Virus record (IMG/VR): IMGVR_UViG_3300035544_000169
Length of the DNA stretch: 64,000 nucleotides
Direction: 5' to 3' (one strand)
DNA from: a virus
Taxonomy: Duplodnaviria > Heunggongvirae > Uroviricota > Caudoviricetes
In this document: one piece after another, positions 60,383-64,000 of the stretch
Numbering within the stretch: the stretch's first letter is position 1
How the letters are laid out: each line of letters opens with the position of its first letter
The notes under the pieces: generated by a model
Databases searched by the model: none
Told to the model about the DNA's origin: nothing
The model's input: only the letters and a program-made list of their open reading frames with translations
Made by a program: the position numbers and the translations under genes

Positions 60383-63300
60383 ATGGGCCAGATATTTTTA
60401 GACCCAAAGCCCGGTAAAATACACGGGTTTATCAAAGTAAAGACAGCTGAAGACCCAGTAGATAATGTAACTATTGTAGTTACTGGAAACTCCACCATCA
60501 CTGGAACTACAGGAGAGTTCATAGTTGAAGCTGAGGTTGGGCTGCAGAAAGTAATGATTTACCATCCAGACTATGAAACAAAAACTATAGAAGTTAATGT
60601 TCAAAAAAATAGTGTTAAAGAAATAGGAACGATTTATCTCCTGCCAAGACCGGGAACATTAATCGGTAGCACAGTCCCTCAAGGAGCTACAATAAGCCTT
60701 TATGGAAACTTCGATAATTACACCTTCACTTCAGATGAAGACGGAGATTTCAAGGCTACAGGGGTAGCTTCTGATACATACTTAGTAGAAGTAAGTGCAG
60801 ATGGACACTATACAAAATCAAGAAAGAATATAATAATAACCAACGGCGGGGTAACAGATATGGGTATCATAGCCCTTGACCCCGAAGTTGGAGATGTAAC
60901 AGGTAGAGTAACAAGAGAAGACGGTGTAGGGATAGCAAACGCTCAGGTAGAATCCGGAATGAGCATTGTTACAGGTCCTGATGGATATTTTACACTGCCC
61001 GGACTAACAGCCGGCACACACAGTATTACAATTAACGCCAGCGGTTTTGAGACAGAGACAATAACGAATGTAGAAGTGATAGCAAATACTTCAGTAGATA
61101 TAGGTTCTACGGCCTTAAAAGCTTTGGAGTCAGGCCTTGGAGACTTGGAGGTTGAAGCTTTTAACCTCGCAGGAGAATCAATTCCGGCAACGATTACTCT
61201 CGTCGAGAGAGAAGAAACTATAAATGCAGATGAGCTGAGCAGTTTTAAAGCCTTATGGGAAGGAATACCTAAAGGGCCTTACACAGTAAAAGCCGAAGCT
61301 GATGGTTATTACACCTATTTTAAAGATGCTGTTGTAGTAAGTGACAGAAAAACAGTTATCAACTTTAATCTTTTAAATAAGTCATTAGTTGTTGACGGCT
61401 TAACAGATAAAATAAATAACCTTGAATCCAGGTCTGCTTACTGGGATAAGGAAATAGGATATCCGGTAGAAGAAAGCTACACTTTAACCGAGGATTTAAC
61501 ACCTATGGATTATTTAATCCAGTATTCTGGCCCGGAGGACATTTATGTGGGGTCATCTTTAGAAGACCCAAATGCCTTTTTTGATTTTGTTGACGAGAAT
61601 TACGGAGAGCTTTTTGATGCAGATGGTAATGCAGTTGAGGTTATAGATTTAGTTGACGAGAACGGGCTTCAATTACCTCATCAAGATGTAGAAGGAAATG
61701 ACATTAAATGGTACGGGAAAGAACCAGGAGAGGAAATACACCTAGTTTTATCCGCAACACCAAATCTTCCTGATGGATTAACAGATATAGTAGTCCGCTA
61801 TGCAGTAAAGAAGACAATGAAAGAGCTTGCAGTTGACGCTTTAATCAAAAGAGGTGTAACAGCCAAGGAAGTTGATGTAAGCGTAGTTGATACCATAAGC
61901 CAACTTAAAGGAGAAGGCTTTAAATGGAACGAGCCTATACCTGAAGATTCTACAATTCTAGGTCTTGAAACAAGGGTTAGCGGCAACGAGGGGTCCATTT
62001 CAACCAACCAGACTTCTATTTCTCAAAACGAGACTGATATCGGCCTCCATGCTGAAAGACTTACTACAAACGAGGGTAATATCTCAGCTAATGAAGCCGC
62101 AATAACAGTCAACGCTGAAAACATTACGTCGGCAGTAAATAGACTTGACACAAACGAAGGCAACATAGAATTAAACCAGACAGAAATCAGCCAGAATGCT
62201 GACTCTATTAAATCAACAGTAAGACACATTAACATAGATGAAGGTAGTTATCTTAGATTTAGAGGTGTTGAAAGCTGGATTGACTTTAACACTTTAGCCT
62301 CGGTACATGGCAACAATGTTCTTTCGATAAAATTAAGGGTTAACTTTACAGACTTTGAGGGACATCAGGCTCTTTTTGTAGGTGGAGATAATGTCAGCGG
62401 TCTTGAGGTATCACTTTATAATAACAATCTTGACTTCACGGTTGTAGAAAATGAAGTTAAAAAGAGTACAGATTATGGACTGGAAAACTTAAGCAAAGAT
62501 AGATGGTATGAGATAGAGGCTATAGCTGATGGACCAGCAGGCAAGCTTTTCCTTAAAATTGATGGAGAAGTGGTTAAAAGCAAAATAACAGATAGCTTTA
62601 ATTTATCTTACTTATCAGATGGATTTGCTTTTGGTACTACAAAGCTAAAATCACCAGCTTCAGGTATTATCTCAGCAGAGTATTCCAACTTTTTTAACGG
62701 CTACCTTGATGAGATTCAGCTCTGGAACAGCTACCAGACAACAGGCTTGATGGATGATATTGAAGGGAATGAAGTCGGCCTTTTAAGCGGATATAAGATA
62801 GATGAAGGCTCGGGCTTAATAGTAAACGACATCAAAGAAGTTCAAAACGGGATTATCAAAAAATGTGAATGGTACGGAATAGAGTCCACCACAAGTCAGG
62901 TAAGGCAGTTAAGCAACGAGTTTACAGTTAAGGTAAGAGAGCATGCAAACGGCAAAGAAGTAATATCAGGCTTTGGACTAGCTAGTGAAGATGGAGAATC
63001 TGAATTCTCAGTCATGGCCGACAGGTTCTTTGTTTTTGGAGATACAGAAGACGGAGCTGAGGTTGGAAGACCAATCTTTGCTGTTGACTCAACTACTGGA
63101 AATATTTATATAGAGGCTAATTTAATTGCTAACGGTTCTGTTACTGGTGATAAGCTAGCTGCAGCTTCGATTATAACAAGCGCAGCTCAGATAGAAGAAG
63201 CAATGATTAACACAGCCCATATTGATTATCTTGATATAGAGAAACTTGATGTTAGGGGTAGATTAAGTGCAGACCACATAGTTATAGGAACAGATACTCA

Positions 63301-64000
63301 GTACGAAGAGGGGTATAACCCTAAAATAATAAACGATAAGTTAACAGATGATATGAATGATTTAAACAAAAGCTTTTCCTCTTTGGGAAACCAGCTGAGT
63401 CAATTTGTAGATGACTTAAAACTTACAAGAATAGAGGCCGAAACTTTAAGGGGTTCAAAAGAAAGAGTTAAATCAGAGTGGTCTTCCTTAAATACAGTAG
63501 CAAGTTCTATTATTTCCACATCAACATACAATATCACATCACTTGCTGATAAAAGGCTTGCAGCAGAAAATGCTATAAATGAATTAGAGCTTGAACTAAA
63601 CTCATGGATAGGCTTAGACTCTTACCCTGTTGATATAACTGTTAGCGATAAAGATAATATTGAAATAAAATTCGACAATGTAATGAGCACCAAAGCAGAG
63701 CTTTTAAATGAGATAACAAAGTTCAGACAGGATGCTGCTATAGCATGGTCACAGGCTGAGATAAACTCATTAGAGACTGAGATACAAAACCAGATTGATA
63801 GATTTTCAATGGACTCTGTTATCACAAAAGCAGAAGCCAACACTCTTCAGACAACATTGGAAAGCTTAAAGACAGAGAGTGTTGACTTGGTTCAGATAGC
63901 TGAAGAAAAGAATATAGTCACTATCAAAGAGTCTTACGAACAGGCTTTAATAGATTTAGAGGTTAAACTTTCAGAGTGGATAGGTCTTGATTCTGACCTT
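60383..64000 (+). CDS. Long tail fibre/adhesin, 3' truncated by window end (at least 1206 aa; absent from ORF track)
   Basis: ATG at 60383 after SD AAGGAGGTGG; hand translation is open to 64000; four carboxypeptidase-regulatory-like repeats, Asn-rich coiled coil, LamG (FNGYLDEIQLWN), gpJ/DUF1983-like segment (FTVKV..SGFGL..SEFSVMADRF), helical repeats. Confidence 0.85.
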   Translation, partial: MGQIFLDPKPGKIHGFIKVKTAEDPVDNVTIVVTGNSTITGTTGEFIVEAEVGLQKVMIYHPDYETKTIEVNVQKNSVKEIGTIYLLPRPGTLIGSTVPQGATISLYGNFDNYTFTSDEDGDFKATGVASDTYLVEVSADGHYTKSRKNIIITNGGVTDMGIIALDPEVGDVTGRVTREDGVGIANAQVESGMSIVTGPDGYFTLPGLTAGTHSITINASGFETETITNVEVIANTSVDIGSTALKALESGLGDLEVEAFNLAGESIPATITLVEREETINADELSSFKALWEGIPKGPYTVKAEADGYYTYFKDAVVVSDRKTVINFNLLNKSLVVDGLTDKINNLESRSAYWDKEIGYPVEESYTLTEDLTPMDYLIQYSGPEDIYVGSSLEDPNAFFDFVDENYGELFDADGNAVEVIDLVDENGLQLPHQDVEGNDIKWYGKEPGEEIHLVLSATPNLPDGLTDIVVRYAVKKTMKELAVDALIKRGVTAKEVDVSVVDTISQLKGEGFKWNEPIPEDSTILGLETRVSGNEGSISTNQTSISQNETDIGLHAERLTTNEGNISANEAAITVNAENITSAVNRLDTNEGNIELNQTEISQNADSIKSTVRHINIDEGSYLRFRGVESWIDFNTLASVHGNNVLSIKLRVNFTDFEGHQALFVGGDNVSGLEVSLYNNNLDFTVVENEVKKSTDYGLENLSKDRWYEIEAIADGPAGKLFLKIDGEVVKSKITDSFNLSYLSDGFAFGTTKLKSPASGIISAEYSNFFNGYLDEIQLWNSYQTTGLMDDIEGNEVGLLSGYKIDEGSGLIVNDIKEVQNGIIKKCEWYGIESTTSQVRQLSNEFTVKVREHANGKEVISGFGLASEDGESEFSVMADRFFVFGDTEDGAEVGRPIFAVDSTTGNIYIEANLIANGSVTGDKLAAASIITSAAQIEEAMINTAHIDYLDIEKLDVRGRLSADHIVIGTDTQYEEGYNPKIINDKLTDDMNDLNKSFSSLGNQLSQFVDDLKLTRIEAETLRGSKERVKSEWSSLNTVASSIISTSTYNITSLADKRLAAENAINELELELNSWIGLDSYPVDITVSDKDNIEIKFDNVMSTKAELLNEITKFRQDAAIAWSQAEINSLETEIQNQIDRFSMDSVITKAEANTLQTTLESLKTESVDLVQIAEEKNIVTIKESYEQALIDLEVKLSEWIGLDSDL
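61964..62215 (+). repeat. Three 28-aa (84-nt) degenerate coding repeats
   Basis: LETRVSGNEGSISTNQTSISQNETDIGL / HAERLTTNEGNISANEAAITVNAENITS / AVNRLDTNEGNIELNQTEISQNADSIKS. Confidence 0.8.
63400..64000 (+). repeat. Helical protein repeats of about 124-133 aa in the fibre, continuing past the window end
   Basis: DDLKLTRIEAETL..LNSWIGLDS and MDSVITKAEANTL..LSEWIGLDS. Confidence 0.7.

Noticed and set aside
1061-63843. Numerous minus-strand ORFs of 60-148 aa (for example 8521-8967 opposite the major capsid gene)
   Set aside because: All lie antisense to long + strand genes, are Ser/Leu/Phe-rich shadows of their codon bias, and show no recognisable motifs
1-64000. Tailocin or contractile injection system, tRNA genes, CRISPR arrays, IS elements
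   Set aside because: Portal, protease and major capsid genes show a true phage head; no cloverleaf, spaced direct-repeat array or transposase motif was seen

Overview
The window is a gene-dense, entirely + strand virion morphogenesis operon of a large contractile-tailed phage. SD sequences of the AGGAGG/AGGTG type and a sigmaA-type promoter point to a Bacillota host; the very acidic outer virion proteins may indicate a halophile. Gene order: hypothetical protein, HTH-metallophosphoesterase, portal, protease/scaffold, decoration protein, major capsid, neck proteins, two sheath paralogs, three tube-fold paralogs, two tail chaperones, three consecutive giant genes (1941, 2354 and about 2390 aa), spike, baseplate wedge and paralogous baseplate/fibre genes. 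A long tail fibre ORF starting at 60383 runs off the window end and is missing from the ORF track. The main finding is the 2354-aa gene at the tape-measure position (26245-33309). By visual motif alignment it is a single-chain two-barrel (beta plus beta') RNA polymerase with a DSDGD catalytic loop, an intact N-terminal DnaQ/DEDDh 3'-5' exonuclease and a C-terminal hydrophobic helix. It is flanked by a tape-measure-like protein carrying a degenerate SNase domain and by a baseplate hub with an N-terminal SNase domain. Together they suggest a virion-delivered transcription and nucleic-acid-processing apparatus. All domain calls come from manual motif recognition; no database search was run. No tRNA, rRNA, CRISPR array, intein or IS element was seen.
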